From a virus, in IMG/VR virus record IMGVR_UViG_3300005573_000085: a DNA stretch of 64,000 bases. One strand, written 5' to 3'. Below are positions 25,834-35,072 of the stretch, piece by piece (position 1 is the first letter of the stretch; each line of letters begins with the position of its first letter). The position numbers were made by a program, and so were the translations under genes. Under the pieces are notes generated by a model that did no database searches, was not told the DNA's origin, and worked only from the letters and a program-made list of their open reading frames with translations.

Positions 25834-26289
25834 ATGAAAACACCTGCAAGCGCTGTTTCACAGCCGAGATTGAAAGCGAGAACTCCGATGACCGAGGAGC
25901 GCAAGGCTCTCCTTAAAAAGTCGGCTGCGGAGTACAGAAACAAATGGAAAGCCATACGAAGTCATCCGATAGTTGAATTTGACAATATGAGAATAGTTCT
26001 TCTTGACCCGTGGAACATAGCCCTTATCGATGCGAAGGCGACACCGGAGGAGTTGGCGACCGGGGCGACCCCTGAGGAGGGCAAGGTCATAGGATACTTC
26101 GGGCATGACCTGAGAGGGGCCGTAATAGCCGCGTTTCGGAGGGCCACCTCTTCGGTAAACGTTAGGAATCTGAAAGAGCTGAGCAATGAAATAAAAAGAA
26201 CGGAAGCCAATCTGAGTAAAATAATAACAAGCGAGATTATGGAAAACCTTAATTGGATAATGGATACTGTTGCGAACAAGGACTCATAA
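25834..26289 (+). CDS. hypothetical protein
   Basis: 151-aa ORF. Confidence 0.65.
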   Translation: MKTPASAVSQPRLKARTPMTEERKALLKKSAAEYRNKWKAIRSHPIVEFDNMRIVLLDPWNIALIDAKATPEELATGATPEEGKVIGYFGHDLRGAVIAAFRRATSSVNVRNLKELSNEIKRTEANLSKIITSEIMENLNWIMDTVANKDS

Positions 26290-26323
26290 TTAACGGTTCG
26301 ACATAATCTCCGGAGAGGAGAAA

Positions 26324-26791
26324 ATGCTTGAGCGCACGACACGATTTTATCTCGCCCCGTATGATGACATAAGGACCCCGCTTCTTTCAATGATAAGCGC
26401 GGCCGCGAGCTCAATTTACATGGAGATATACGGGTTCACACTGCCCGAGCTGGTTGACCTGCTGATATCCAAGGCCTCCTCCGGTGTGTATGTAGGCCTT
26501 CTATTGGATAGCACGCAGGCCGCAGGCAAGGCCGAAAGGGACCAGCTTGAAAGAATAAAGGGTTCGAAAATAGAGTATTACATAGGAACATCCCCGCGCC
26601 ACAGGATAAGACACTCCAAGTTCACAATCGTGGATAGGGAGTGGGTGGAGGATGGAAGCCTGAATTACAGCGCCTCGGCTTTTCTGCAAAACAATTCGGT
26701 TAGGATTTCGAAGGATGCGCAGCTTGCCGAGCTTCTTATCGAAGACTGGAAACGTAACAAGGAATGGATTTTGAAAAATGGAAAAAAGTGA
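26324..26791 (+). CDS. phospholipase D-family (Nuc-like) nuclease, single HKD motif
   Basis: IYMEIYGFT, IRHSKFTIVD..WVEDGSLNYS. Confidence 0.85.
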   Translation: MLERTTRFYLAPYDDIRTPLLSMISAAASSIYMEIYGFTLPELVDLLISKASSGVYVGLLLDSTQAAGKAERDQLERIKGSKIEYYIGTSPRHRIRHSKFTIVDREWVEDGSLNYSASAFLQNNSVRISKDAQLAELLIEDWKRNKEWILKNGKK

Positions 26792-27371
26792 TTTGAAACA
26801 TCCCGAGGAAAGCGCCTCCTCCGAGACAAGGTCCGTGATGCTAGCCCCGCTGAAAGAGACATTCACGGATGTCATCCTGTTTCTTAAGACGGAGAACAGA
26901 AGTTTCGCCTTTGTTTTCGATCGTGAAACTTTCAGGAGGCGATTATCAATGGAAGACCCGAAGGGAGCCTTGGCGTTTCTTGACGCAGACGGAAAGGACA
27001 AGGCCCCTCGTCCGAGATTCGTATTTGATATTTGCAATTTAAACGAGGAGAAATACTCCTATTCCCCGTATGACATCTCGCTGCAAACATACTCCGCCCT
27101 GTCGGATATGATTTCCAGGGTGGAACCCATGGAGTTCAGGATTAAATACGGGGACATACTTGATCAGGAGATCTGCAACGGAAAAAAGCATTACAAGTTT
27201 GACTGGAAGCGAAGGGAGAGCGGTGACAGATACGTATGGCGGGGAATAGTTGAAACAGGCGAGCACGATGAATCGTGCGCCAATTGGACGGTTATCTCCC
27301 CTCTCAGAAAGGAGGCGTTGCTTCTAATGCAGGGCCTCGAGCTGGAGGATTTAAACAGGAAAAGTCAATAG
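26778..27371 (+). CDS. hypothetical protein
   Basis: 197 aa, overlaps upstream stop. Confidence 0.65.
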   Translation: MEKSDLKHPEESASSETRSVMLAPLKETFTDVILFLKTENRSFAFVFDRETFRRRLSMEDPKGALAFLDADGKDKAPRPRFVFDICNLNEEKYSYSPYDISLQTYSALSDMISRVEPMEFRIKYGDILDQEICNGKKHYKFDWKRRESGDRYVWRGIVETGEHDESCANWTVISPLRKEALLLMQGLELEDLNRKSQ

Positions 27372-27466
27372 GACTTAAAAAACATGTCAAAACTTATTGT
27401 GGAAAGGAGAGGGCATTGCCTCGCCACCCTGAAAAGGATGGCGGGTGATGCCAAAAACTTGAAAGG

Positions 27467-27781
27467 ATGAGGAAACGAGCATGCATGCAACGCATGAATA
27501 TAAGAAGGCATATTATTCACTGCGAAAGAAGAGCCTTTGAACGATACGATGAGTTAAGCATCAAGGATATTGCGCCCGCCATTATATCAAAGATCCACCG
27601 AGGCGAAGGGGAGTTTGTGAAGCGACAGTCAAATTCCAAAACCTTATGGAGGGTAACCGTTAACCAAAAGTCATACAAGGTTGTGTATGACAAGAACACA
27701 AAATGTTTGGTGACGTTTCTTCCCGATGACGCCTCGAAATCGCGAGAGCGGGCTGAAACTTGCGGGGAATTCGCCTGTTGA
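27467..27781 (+). CDS. hypothetical protein, possible RelE-like RNase fold
   Basis: H..RRA.ERY helix, RQSNS.T.W.V, KVVYD....LVTFLP. Confidence 0.6.
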   Translation: MRKRACMQRMNIRRHIIHCERRAFERYDELSIKDIAPAIISKIHRGEGEFVKRQSNSKTLWRVTVNQKSYKVVYDKNTKCLVTFLPDDASKSRERAETCGEFAC

Positions 27782-27866
27782 ATTCAGGGCGGGATTCCCC
27801 GCTTTTCCGGTATACTATATAGGCGAAAGCGTTCATGACGCCTAATTTACGAGAGGGGGTTGCAAG

Positions 27867-28085
27867 ATGATGGACGATTTGATATTGACGGGGGATTTGA
27901 AGATCATAGACGCAAGGCTGCGCAGCTTTAGGGAGCATGCCGATGCCGAGGACGTGACAGCTATGTGGCATGACATTACGGTTTTGCAAAATGATTTATC
28001 CTGCCTGCTGGAGGACTGCGTCATATACTATACCAAGTTGAAGCAAAAACACATTGCAGATTCGGCTGTGGAAGCGCGGGACTAA
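27867..28085 (+). CDS. small hypothetical protein
   Basis: GAGGGG RBS, 72 aa. Confidence 0.55.
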   Translation: MMDDLILTGDLKIIDARLRSFREHADAEDVTAMWHDITVLQNDLSCLLEDCVIYYTKLKQKHIADSAVEARD

Positions 28086-28112
28086 TTGCAAGGGGGCGGA
28101 AATCTTAAAACT

Positions 28113-29351
28113 ATGGATATCAAGGACTTTAAAGCCAAGATTGGAAAAATCAATCAGCAGTGGGCCAGGTCCGTCAAGACCACTGATGGCACTCCCAGGG
28201 TGAGGTTCGGCTCCGAACTTCCGGAAGCCAGAGTCATATCAACGGGAAACCCGGCTCTTGACTGGGGACTTGGCGGAGGAATTCCCGAAGGCGTAATCTT
28301 TGAGCTTTATGGCGGAGCGGGAGCGGGCAAGACCGTGACCATGTCCTATGTAATGGCTCAAGTTCAGAAGGCCGGAAAGATGGTTATTTATTACCATACC
28401 GAGGAGAGCTGGAAGCCTGCGAACGCCTGGAAGCTGGCGGGAATTGACGAGAACATGGTGGTCTATATTGACGCCAGAAGAAGCGGGGAGGATGGGGTCA
28501 ATATCATCCGATCCCTGTTACTGGACGAGAACAGGTCTCCGATCGATATCGTGGGAATGATAGTGATAGACTCCGTTTCAGCCATCGCCCCGGAGGCCGA
28601 ACTGAATAGCGTGGGTAATAACGGAATGGAGGGCATGACCGTTGGCAGGCAGGCGGCCATGATGAGCAAGATTCTTCGAATCGCCTGCGGCAGTGGCTGG
28701 CTGCAAAAGGGTTGCATAATTGGATTGGTTAATCAGGAAAGAGCTCAGGTGGGAACCACGCCACTGCCCAATATAACTTCGGGTGGAAACTCCATAAAGT
28801 TTTACCCGAAGATTAGAATACAGCTCAAAGCTCCCAGGGACGGCTATATCCTGGACGAGCAAAAGAACGTAATAGGGCATACCGTGGACTATTACATAAG
28901 CAAGAACAACACGGGATACGCGCCTCCGTTCAGGCGGGGGTCCTGGAAGGTGATATACAACAAGGGCCTCGATGTGCTAGGCCCGGTGCTTGATGAAGCC
29001 ATATCCTACGGCCTTATCCAGCAACCGTCCCGGGCGCGGTACAGGGTGAGATGGCTTGAAGGCTCGGAGATTAAAACATCCGATCCTCTTCATGGAAGAG
29101 CCCAGCTTGAAACCTTTATGGAGAACAATCCGAACGCTCTTGAGGGAACTCAGTCCCTTTTGTCCAGGATTAGAACGCTGCTTCAAACGGAAAAGCTGAC
29201 CTTCTCGGAGGGTGTCGCCTTTTTGGATGGTGTCGAAACGGATATATTAAACGTGGTGATGGAGAGAGCGGATGAATGTGCTGAACTTTCTACGGAGGCT
29301 GAACCCTCCTTTGGAGACGCTACTGACGATAGCCTTCCGGATAACGAATGA
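28113..29351 (+). CDS. recA: RecA/UvsX-like recombinase
   Basis: STG..ALD..LGGGIP.G...ELYG..GAGKT, VIDSV.A, GRQA.MMSK.LR, NQ.R, GG.SIKFY. Confidence 0.93.
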   Translation: MDIKDFKAKIGKINQQWARSVKTTDGTPRVRFGSELPEARVISTGNPALDWGLGGGIPEGVIFELYGGAGAGKTVTMSYVMAQVQKAGKMVIYYHTEESWKPANAWKLAGIDENMVVYIDARRSGEDGVNIIRSLLLDENRSPIDIVGMIVIDSVSAIAPEAELNSVGNNGMEGMTVGRQAAMMSKILRIACGSGWLQKGCIIGLVNQERAQVGTTPLPNITSGGNSIKFYPKIRIQLKAPRDGYILDEQKNVIGHTVDYYISKNNTGYAPPFRRGSWKVIYNKGLDVLGPVLDEAISYGLIQQPSRARYRVRWLEGSEIKTSDPLHGRAQLETFMENNPNALEGTQSLLSRIRTLLQTEKLTFSEGVAFLDGVETDILNVVMERADECAELSTEAEPSFGDATDDSLPDNE

Positions 29352-29358
29352 GGCGTCA

Positions 29359-30147
29359 ATGGACCCGTTTACGGACAACATAGCGGATAATGAAAGAGGT
29401 TCGGAAATAGTGATGGAGTGTCTTAGAACGTTGATGACGGAGGAGGGCGGGGGCGCCAAGGCGCTTATGCCTGATGGAGACTTCTCGGCCGAGATAATGA
29501 TCATAGGCGAGAAGCCTTTGCCGGGAGATGCGAACATTGGAACGCTTCTGGCCGGCTCCATAGAAATGAAAGCGTCCGATTGCGAGTGTTGTCATAACCT
29601 GCAAAAGTGCGCATCCGCGAACTTTCTGATTAAGTGTGAAAAGGACTTCGACCCGTTTATCACGAATTGGAACAATCCCTCCCTCTTCCCTGACACTGCG
29701 GGGGACATCATATCCGACATGGCCATACTGGGGGCGGGCGGTATTCCGGCTAACTTCAGGTTCGTTAGAAAATCCTGGTTTGAGCTATTCCGTAAGATGC
29801 GAACCGAAGTATCCCCCAGGAGGATGGCTTATGTCACCACGCTGGTGAAAAGGCTTGGGGATGCCGGCAATGCCGAAAATGATTTGGCGTGGCTCAAACT
29901 GGAAAGGGAGCTCTGCTCCAAGGCTTCGCTTGTCATTTGCCTCGGAGGCGCTGTGTTCAACGTCATTGCCGGGGATGCCGCTAGCTACGAGAGCGTCATA
30001 GGAAAGGTGACGGACCTTCCCTTCTGGGGAAAAACGCTGGCGTTTCCATCCCTCGAGGAGTTGATGGAGGACAGGAAACGCAACTCCGCGATAGCCGCGA
30101 GCCTGCTGGATAAGGCCCTGGGCGGAGGGACGGAGGATATCGAATGA
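29359..30147 (+). CDS. degenerate UDG family 4-like protein with Cys-rich insertion
   Basis: DGD..AEIMIIGE.P, YVT.LVK, WL..E, LVICLG retained; catalytic Asn and HP motif absent. Confidence 0.55.
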   Translation: MDPFTDNIADNERGSEIVMECLRTLMTEEGGGAKALMPDGDFSAEIMIIGEKPLPGDANIGTLLAGSIEMKASDCECCHNLQKCASANFLIKCEKDFDPFITNWNNPSLFPDTAGDIISDMAILGAGGIPANFRFVRKSWFELFRKMRTEVSPRRMAYVTTLVKRLGDAGNAENDLAWLKLERELCSKASLVICLGGAVFNVIAGDAASYESVIGKVTDLPFWGKTLAFPSLEELMEDRKRNSAIAASLLDKALGGGTEDIE

Positions 30148-30359
30148 GAGAGGACGAGGAGCCTTATGACCTTAAAGGGGCGCCCGGAAGCGATGAGGCC
30201 ATCTCAAACGGCTGCCTGTGCCCTGCGGATGAAAACAGGCATGGCGAAGGGAGGATAACGAATGTGAAAGGCGAGTTCGTAAGAATATTCACAGTATCCA
30301 AACTATGTCCTTTGCACGGTGGTGAACCGCGTAAGGGAAGTTTTCCCAAGGAGGATTGA
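30144..30359 (+). CDS. small Cys/His-containing hypothetical protein
   Basis: GCLCP..EN.HG.G...CPLH. Confidence 0.6.
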   Translation: MREDEEPYDLKGAPGSDEAISNGCLCPADENRHGEGRITNVKGEFVRIFTVSKLCPLHGGEPRKGSFPKED

Positions 30360-30360
30360 A

Positions 30361-30741
30361 ATGTCGAAACTCAGTAGTACGGAGAACGTTCCGCAAATAG
30401 CCGACTCCATGCGCCAAAGACTTAAGACGGTCAGGAGATTGGTGAAAATACTGAACAAGGATTTTGATTATATTGAAACGGAGGTAAGGGATTTAAGGAG
30501 AGAGGTGAACTCCCTGGCCATGTCCGAGGAGGACATCGCGCCTCGCCTGTTCGCCATGATTGATGTCCTGAAATGGGCGTGGGAAAGAGCCAACTGGGAG
30601 CTCAGTCCCGCCCTCAGGCTCTCCGGTGATTTCATCGAAGAGTTGATTGAGAGGATACGAGAGATTGAGCAAATTGATGACAAGCTGTTCATGGAGATAA
30701 CGGGAGCGTCATCAACGATCGACAGAATAAATACATGGTAA
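30361..30741 (+). CDS. coiled-coil hypothetical protein
   Basis: GGAGG RBS; heptad pattern. Confidence 0.65.
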   Translation: MSKLSSTENVPQIADSMRQRLKTVRRLVKILNKDFDYIETEVRDLRREVNSLAMSEEDIAPRLFAMIDVLKWAWERANWELSPALRLSGDFIEELIERIREIEQIDDKLFMEITGASSTIDRINTW

Positions 30742-30754
30742 AAGGATAAAAGCT

Positions 30755-31210
30755 ATGAATAAGTTATTCCCTCCGGACCAAATAAGGACAAAGATAGCCG
30801 GAGTGACAATGGGGGCCGTTGACTCCTCGAACAGGCCGATGAGGCAGATTCACCTGGAACAGATGAAGCAAAAGGGAATCTCCGCGCTCAGACTGGTCAG
30901 GGAGCCCGACAATATCTACGACAGTAACGCCATAGCGATTCATGCCGATTACGGACTAGGCGATGTGCAACTGGGTTACGTGCAAAATAGACACAGAGTT
31001 TGCGTAGGAGGAGGGCACGAGGTGAGAGATTCGTCCCTGACGAAGTGCCCCATCTGCGGAGCCGAGCTGGTCAGAGAGGGATTGGCTACGGAACTGGCGC
31101 ACTGGATGGATGCGGGAATAGAGTTCAAGGCTCGAATTCTCGGTATCACCGGAGGGGGTGATGGCAGATCCCTCGGGTGCAATATCTCCATCGATAGGGT
31201 GGAGTCATAA
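30755..31210 (+). CDS. HIRAN domain protein with zinc-ribbon insertion
   Basis: KIAGVT, L.LVREPDN.YDSNAIAI, LGYV; inserted C...GH...CPIC. Confidence 0.8.
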   Translation: MNKLFPPDQIRTKIAGVTMGAVDSSNRPMRQIHLEQMKQKGISALRLVREPDNIYDSNAIAIHADYGLGDVQLGYVQNRHRVCVGGGHEVRDSSLTKCPICGAELVREGLATELAHWMDAGIEFKARILGITGGGDGRSLGCNISIDRVES

Positions 31211-31215
31211 GACGT

Positions 31216-31806
31216 TTGATATGCGCGGTGGCTGTCACCTTGTCACTGTTACCTCTCACTATAAGGCGTTCCGGAGACAAGGCGGTGGTGCACCGCAAAC
31301 AACTTTCAAGAAAATCCCCGGGCGAAAAGTCGCCAGCGTTCAATGAGAGAACCGAAAGAATCCTGGAATTGTTTACTGGGAGCAAGAGCCGGGCGGCTTG
31401 CATTTCCGCCTTTATCCACAGGGCTTCACGTCTTACCGGGATTAGCGAGCCGGTGATTGTCACAACCGCTTATATTGAAAGCGGCTTTGACATGAATTCG
31501 AAGCCGTGCGTGGGGGTGATGCAAATATGGTTACCGTCATGGAGAAGTGACGGGGACACCCGACTTAACCCGTGGGATCTTAAGGATAATATCCTTCTTG
31601 GAGCTCAGGAGCTTGCCCGCAAGAAGCCCGCTTCGAACACCGAGGAGTCACTTCGCGTAATGTGGGGGCGATACAACGGCTCGGGCCCGGACGGGGCTTA
31701 TGCCGGAAGAGCCCTGAGGGTTTATGAAATACTGGTCAATGATTCATTGCAGGAGATTAAACGAAGACTTCGGAGGGGTGACCTTTGGAAGTCACGGAAA
31801 GGGTGA
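31216..31806 (+). CDS. lytic transglycosylase (SLT-like)
   Basis: AYIESGF, GVMQI, NI..GA..L, RYNG. Confidence 0.8.
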   Translation: MICAVAVTLSLLPLTIRRSGDKAVVHRKQLSRKSPGEKSPAFNERTERILELFTGSKSRAACISAFIHRASRLTGISEPVIVTTAYIESGFDMNSKPCVGVMQIWLPSWRSDGDTRLNPWDLKDNILLGAQELARKKPASNTEESLRVMWGRYNGSGPDGAYAGRALRVYEILVNDSLQEIKRRLRRGDLWKSRKG

Positions 31807-31811
31807 ATGTC

Positions 31812-32678
31812 ATGAATTACGCGCCTATTGGCGACATGGCGCCCAGAAGATGGGAGGGCGCATACGAGAGAAGGCCGTGGGACTGGCTTGTCACTGCGGT
31901 CGTTCCTCACTTGGAAACCCCGGATGTTCTTCCCACCGTCATACGGTCCCTGAGGCTTCAGCATGAGGCTCCGAGGATAATCATAGTCGACACCGGGAGC
32001 AGCCCGGAGACGGCCGATTATCTGGAGACCCTGAGGGCGGAGGATGTTGAGATTCATTATATCAGAAGCGGAGGCTATAATAAAAGAGTGATGCCTGTAA
32101 CCGTGGCCTTGGATCTTGGATTTCAGCTAGCTCAAACCCCGTGGGTTTACTTCACCCATACCGACTGCTTCCCAATGAGGCAAAACCTAACCGAGAGTCT
32201 GCGGGCCAAATGCTCGGCCGCAAACCCCGTGGTAGGCTATGAGATCTCGCCCCGCTCCCCCGTGTCGTCCGATTGGAGGGGAATGGTCGGTCATACATGT
32301 CTCATGGTTCACGCTCCGACCATCAGAAGGCTGGGAATAACATGGGACGTTCAGCGCTGCGTTGAATTACCTGAGTATTGGGCGGGCGTTCGCAATGACC
32401 CCTCGGAATGGCCTGACACCGAAACCGGGTTCAACCTGCTGTTAATCAAACATGGCGTAAGGCCGGATATAATAGGCCGGGAGTACAACCTTCAGCATTT
32501 CATTGACGAAAACATAGATCACGTTAGGTCGTACACGTCCGTGATGCTGCAGCGGCCGCCATCCGACCCGGTGAGACAGGAGACCGAAAGACTGATGGCC
32601 AAGGCCAGACTGGAGTGCGAAAACAGATGTTCGGAATGGGAGTCGGCAAGACGCTCATTTTTCGAAGGGGAGGGTTAA
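31812..32678 (+). CDS. glycosyltransferase family 2-like
   Basis: VTAVVP, IIIVDTGS, YFTHTDCFP. Confidence 0.75.
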   Translation: MNYAPIGDMAPRRWEGAYERRPWDWLVTAVVPHLETPDVLPTVIRSLRLQHEAPRIIIVDTGSSPETADYLETLRAEDVEIHYIRSGGYNKRVMPVTVALDLGFQLAQTPWVYFTHTDCFPMRQNLTESLRAKCSAANPVVGYEISPRSPVSSDWRGMVGHTCLMVHAPTIRRLGITWDVQRCVELPEYWAGVRNDPSEWPDTETGFNLLLIKHGVRPDIIGREYNLQHFIDENIDHVRSYTSVMLQRPPSDPVRQETERLMAKARLECENRCSEWESARRSFFEGEG

Positions 32679-32679
32679 A

Positions 32680-32904
32680 ATGGACGAGGAGCCCGATGGC
32701 GGACCGGTCATACTGGCCGTGTCAATCGTATCGCTTGGCGTCACGCTGATAGGGGGCGTTTTGATGAGCCCGCTTATTATAAGCTGGAGCGCCCCGCTTA
32801 TGGTAAGGGTTATCACCCTGTACGTGATGTCAACGATTATATTCAGTTCAGCCGCTCTTGTTCAGTTCGCAATACTGGACAGGAGAAACAACAAGGAGAA
32901 ATGA
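32680..32904 (+). CDS. two-TM small membrane protein
   Basis: GGGAGG RBS; two hydrophobic helices. Confidence 0.6.
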   Translation: MDEEPDGGPVILAVSIVSLGVTLIGGVLMSPLIISWSAPLMVRVITLYVMSTIIFSSAALVQFAILDRRNNKEK

Positions 32905-32905
32905 T

Positions 32906-33637
32906 ATGGAAAAAATCATACTGTCAAAGGATGCGTACCTGAACTTTTCCCTGGGGGAGTTCGGACGCAGGGCGAAGAGTCCTTACTTTAACGCCAGTGA
33001 CGGGGAGCACTACAAGCTTCTGGCCTTTCTTAGCAACCTGATGCCAGAAGGCTCGCTGCTTACGGATCTGGGAACGTATCAGGGATACAGCGCTTACGCC
33101 CTTTCATTCAATCCGAAGGTGAAAGTCATAAGCTACGGAACGGAGGGCGCTGTCGCCCCCGAGATCCGCTCCCTGATGAATGTGACTTACGTGGAGGATG
33201 ACTACGCCAATCATTGGGACGAAATCCTGGCCTCCAATCTTATAATGGTTGACCTAAACCATACCGGAACGGAGGAGCGGAAAATTTACGACACCCTCAG
33301 GAGCGCGAATTGGAAAGGCGTTCTTGTGTTTGACGATATAAAACTGTCCCCTGAGATGACGGCCTTCTTTGACAGTATCGAGACGCCAAAGTTTGACGTT
33401 ACGGCTTATGGTCATTTCTCCGGCACGGGAATAGCGCCATTAAATATCGAGATGGAGGTGTTCGGTCAGACCGCGCCCGTTGAGAAGTCGGAGGGCGCCA
33501 TCCCGGTCGAGGAGCCGGTAAAACCGAATGATATCATCCCTGTTGAAGAGCGCATAAAGTCGGATGAGACGACTCCTGAAGCCCCCGTCAAACCTTCCAA
33601 GTCAGCTAAGGCCGCAAAGGAGGAGAAGACCGAATGA
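32906..33637 (+). CDS. class I SAM-dependent methyltransferase (Methyltransf_24-like) with Pro/Glu-rich tail
   Basis: EHY.LL, TDLGTYQGYSA, IMVD..H, LVFDDI. Confidence 0.8.
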   Translation: MEKIILSKDAYLNFSLGEFGRRAKSPYFNASDGEHYKLLAFLSNLMPEGSLLTDLGTYQGYSAYALSFNPKVKVISYGTEGAVAPEIRSLMNVTYVEDDYANHWDEILASNLIMVDLNHTGTEERKIYDTLRSANWKGVLVFDDIKLSPEMTAFFDSIETPKFDVTAYGHFSGTGIAPLNIEMEVFGQTAPVEKSEGAIPVEEPVKPNDIIPVEERIKSDETTPEAPVKPSKSAKAAKEEKTE

Positions 33638-33861
33638 TCTATACGTACAGATGCGAGGAGCACGGTGAATTCGAATGTTCGGTGGCGCTGTCCGAACCCG
33701 ACCATAAAAGAAGAGTTAATCGCTGCCCCGTCTGTGGGCGAGAATCCGGCAGAGTGTACCTTCCCGTTGGCATAGCGTTCAAGGGGCCGGGATTTTATGT
33801 GAATGATTATGGTGGAAATGTCAGTGCGCCCGCGAAGGGCGCCAACGGGAAGCCGAATTAG
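33634..33861 (+). CDS. FmdB-family zinc-ribbon protein
   Basis: IY.YRC..HG.FE...CPVCG...RVY....I.FKG.GFY.NDY. Confidence 0.85.
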   Translation: MIYTYRCEEHGEFECSVALSEPDHKRRVNRCPVCGRESGRVYLPVGIAFKGPGFYVNDYGGNVSAPAKGANGKPN

Positions 33862-33871
33862 GATGTTGGAA

Positions 33872-33902
33872 AGCATACGGGGACCTGAACGCCCCGTATG
33901 TT
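33872..33902 (+). terminator. hairpin separating core genes from the methylase-nuclease cassette
   Basis: AGCATACGGGG...CCCCGTATGTT stem. Confidence 0.6.
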
Positions 33903-33938
33903 TGGCGTAAGCGCGCAATATGAAACTAAGATTAAGAT

Positions 33939-35072
33939 ATGATGAGAGGAGACTTGGTTGTGGACCATAAAAATCTTATAATCGCTAAACGTGAAAAAAA
34001 CGATGAATTTTATACCAGGTATTATGACGTTGAAAAGGAAGTTGGAGCTTATCTAGATTATGATCCTAATACGTTTAGGGATAAAACCGTATACTGTAAT
34101 TGCGATGATCCCTATGAAAGCAACTTCTTTAAATACTTCGTATTAAATTTCAGGAAACTAGGACTGAAGCGACTTATTACGACAAGCTATGATTCCTCGC
34201 CCATAGCCAATACCGAGCTTGTATTGTCCCCAGGCGATGAGTCAAAAGCTGGCGCCAATAAGTTTGTTATAAACGAAGTCGGAGACTTTGACAACAAGGG
34301 AGAGTTCAATTTGAAGAGTGTCGCCACGCAATTGCAAGCTAATAGGAATAACGAATGGAGCGCTTTAAAAGGGAACGGGGATTTCAGAAGTCCCGAGTGC
34401 GTGGAACTATTAATGCAGTCGGATATTGTGGTGACAAACCCACCTTTCAGTTTGTTCAGGGAGTTCGTAAAACAACTTTTCGATTACGACAAGAAGTTCC
34501 TGATTATAGGTAACCTGAACGCGGTTACATACAAGGAAGTGTTTCCGTTAATAAAGGGCAATAGGATGTGGCTGGGCGTAAATAATGAGGCTAAAATTTT
34601 TCAAATACCTGAGTACTATATCCAAACCAGTACTTTTAAAGGACAAGATGAAAAAAAATATGCCAAAGTAAGTACTGCGGTTTGGTTTACAAATCTTGAA
34701 CATGGGCGCCACCATAAGCCACTACAACTAATGACTATGGCGGATAACCTTAGGTATAGCAGGCATAAGGATATTAAGGAAAAAGGTTACCAGAAGTATG
34801 ATAATTACAACGCCATTGAAGTGTCGCACACTAACGCCATTCCAAGTGACTATACTGGAGTTATGGGCGTGCCAATTAGTTTCTTATATAAGTATTGTCC
34901 GGAACAATTTGAGATTATCGGAATGGCGGAAGATAACGGTAAAGGTTTTTCTGGTGGGATTTGGGACGGTAAAAATCCGCATTGCGTTATAAATGGACAG
35001 AATAAATTTAAGCGAATTTTTATTAAAGGTAAGGAGAAAAATGAAAACAGTACTGAAAACCTACACGGTTAA
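33939..35072 (+). CDS. adenine-specific DNA methyltransferase, EcoRI-methylase family
   Basis: [50 protein letters not shown]. Confidence 0.9.
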   Translation: MMRGDLVVDHKNLIIAKREKNDEFYTRYYDVEKEVGAYLDYDPNTFRDKTVYCNCDDPYESNFFKYFVLNFRKLGLKRLITTSYDSSPIANTELVLSPGDESKAGANKFVINEVGDFDNKGEFNLKSVATQLQANRNNEWSALKGNGDFRSPECVELLMQSDIVVTNPPFSLFREFVKQLFDYDKKFLIIGNLNAVTYKEVFPLIKGNRMWLGVNNEAKIFQIPEYYIQTSTFKGQDEKKYAKVSTAVWFTNLEHGRHHKPLQLMTMADNLRYSRHKDIKEKGYQKYDNYNAIEVSHTNAIPSDYTGVMGVPISFLYKYCPEQFEIIGMAEDNGKGFSGGIWDGKNPHCVINGQNKFKRIFIKGKEKNENSTENLHG

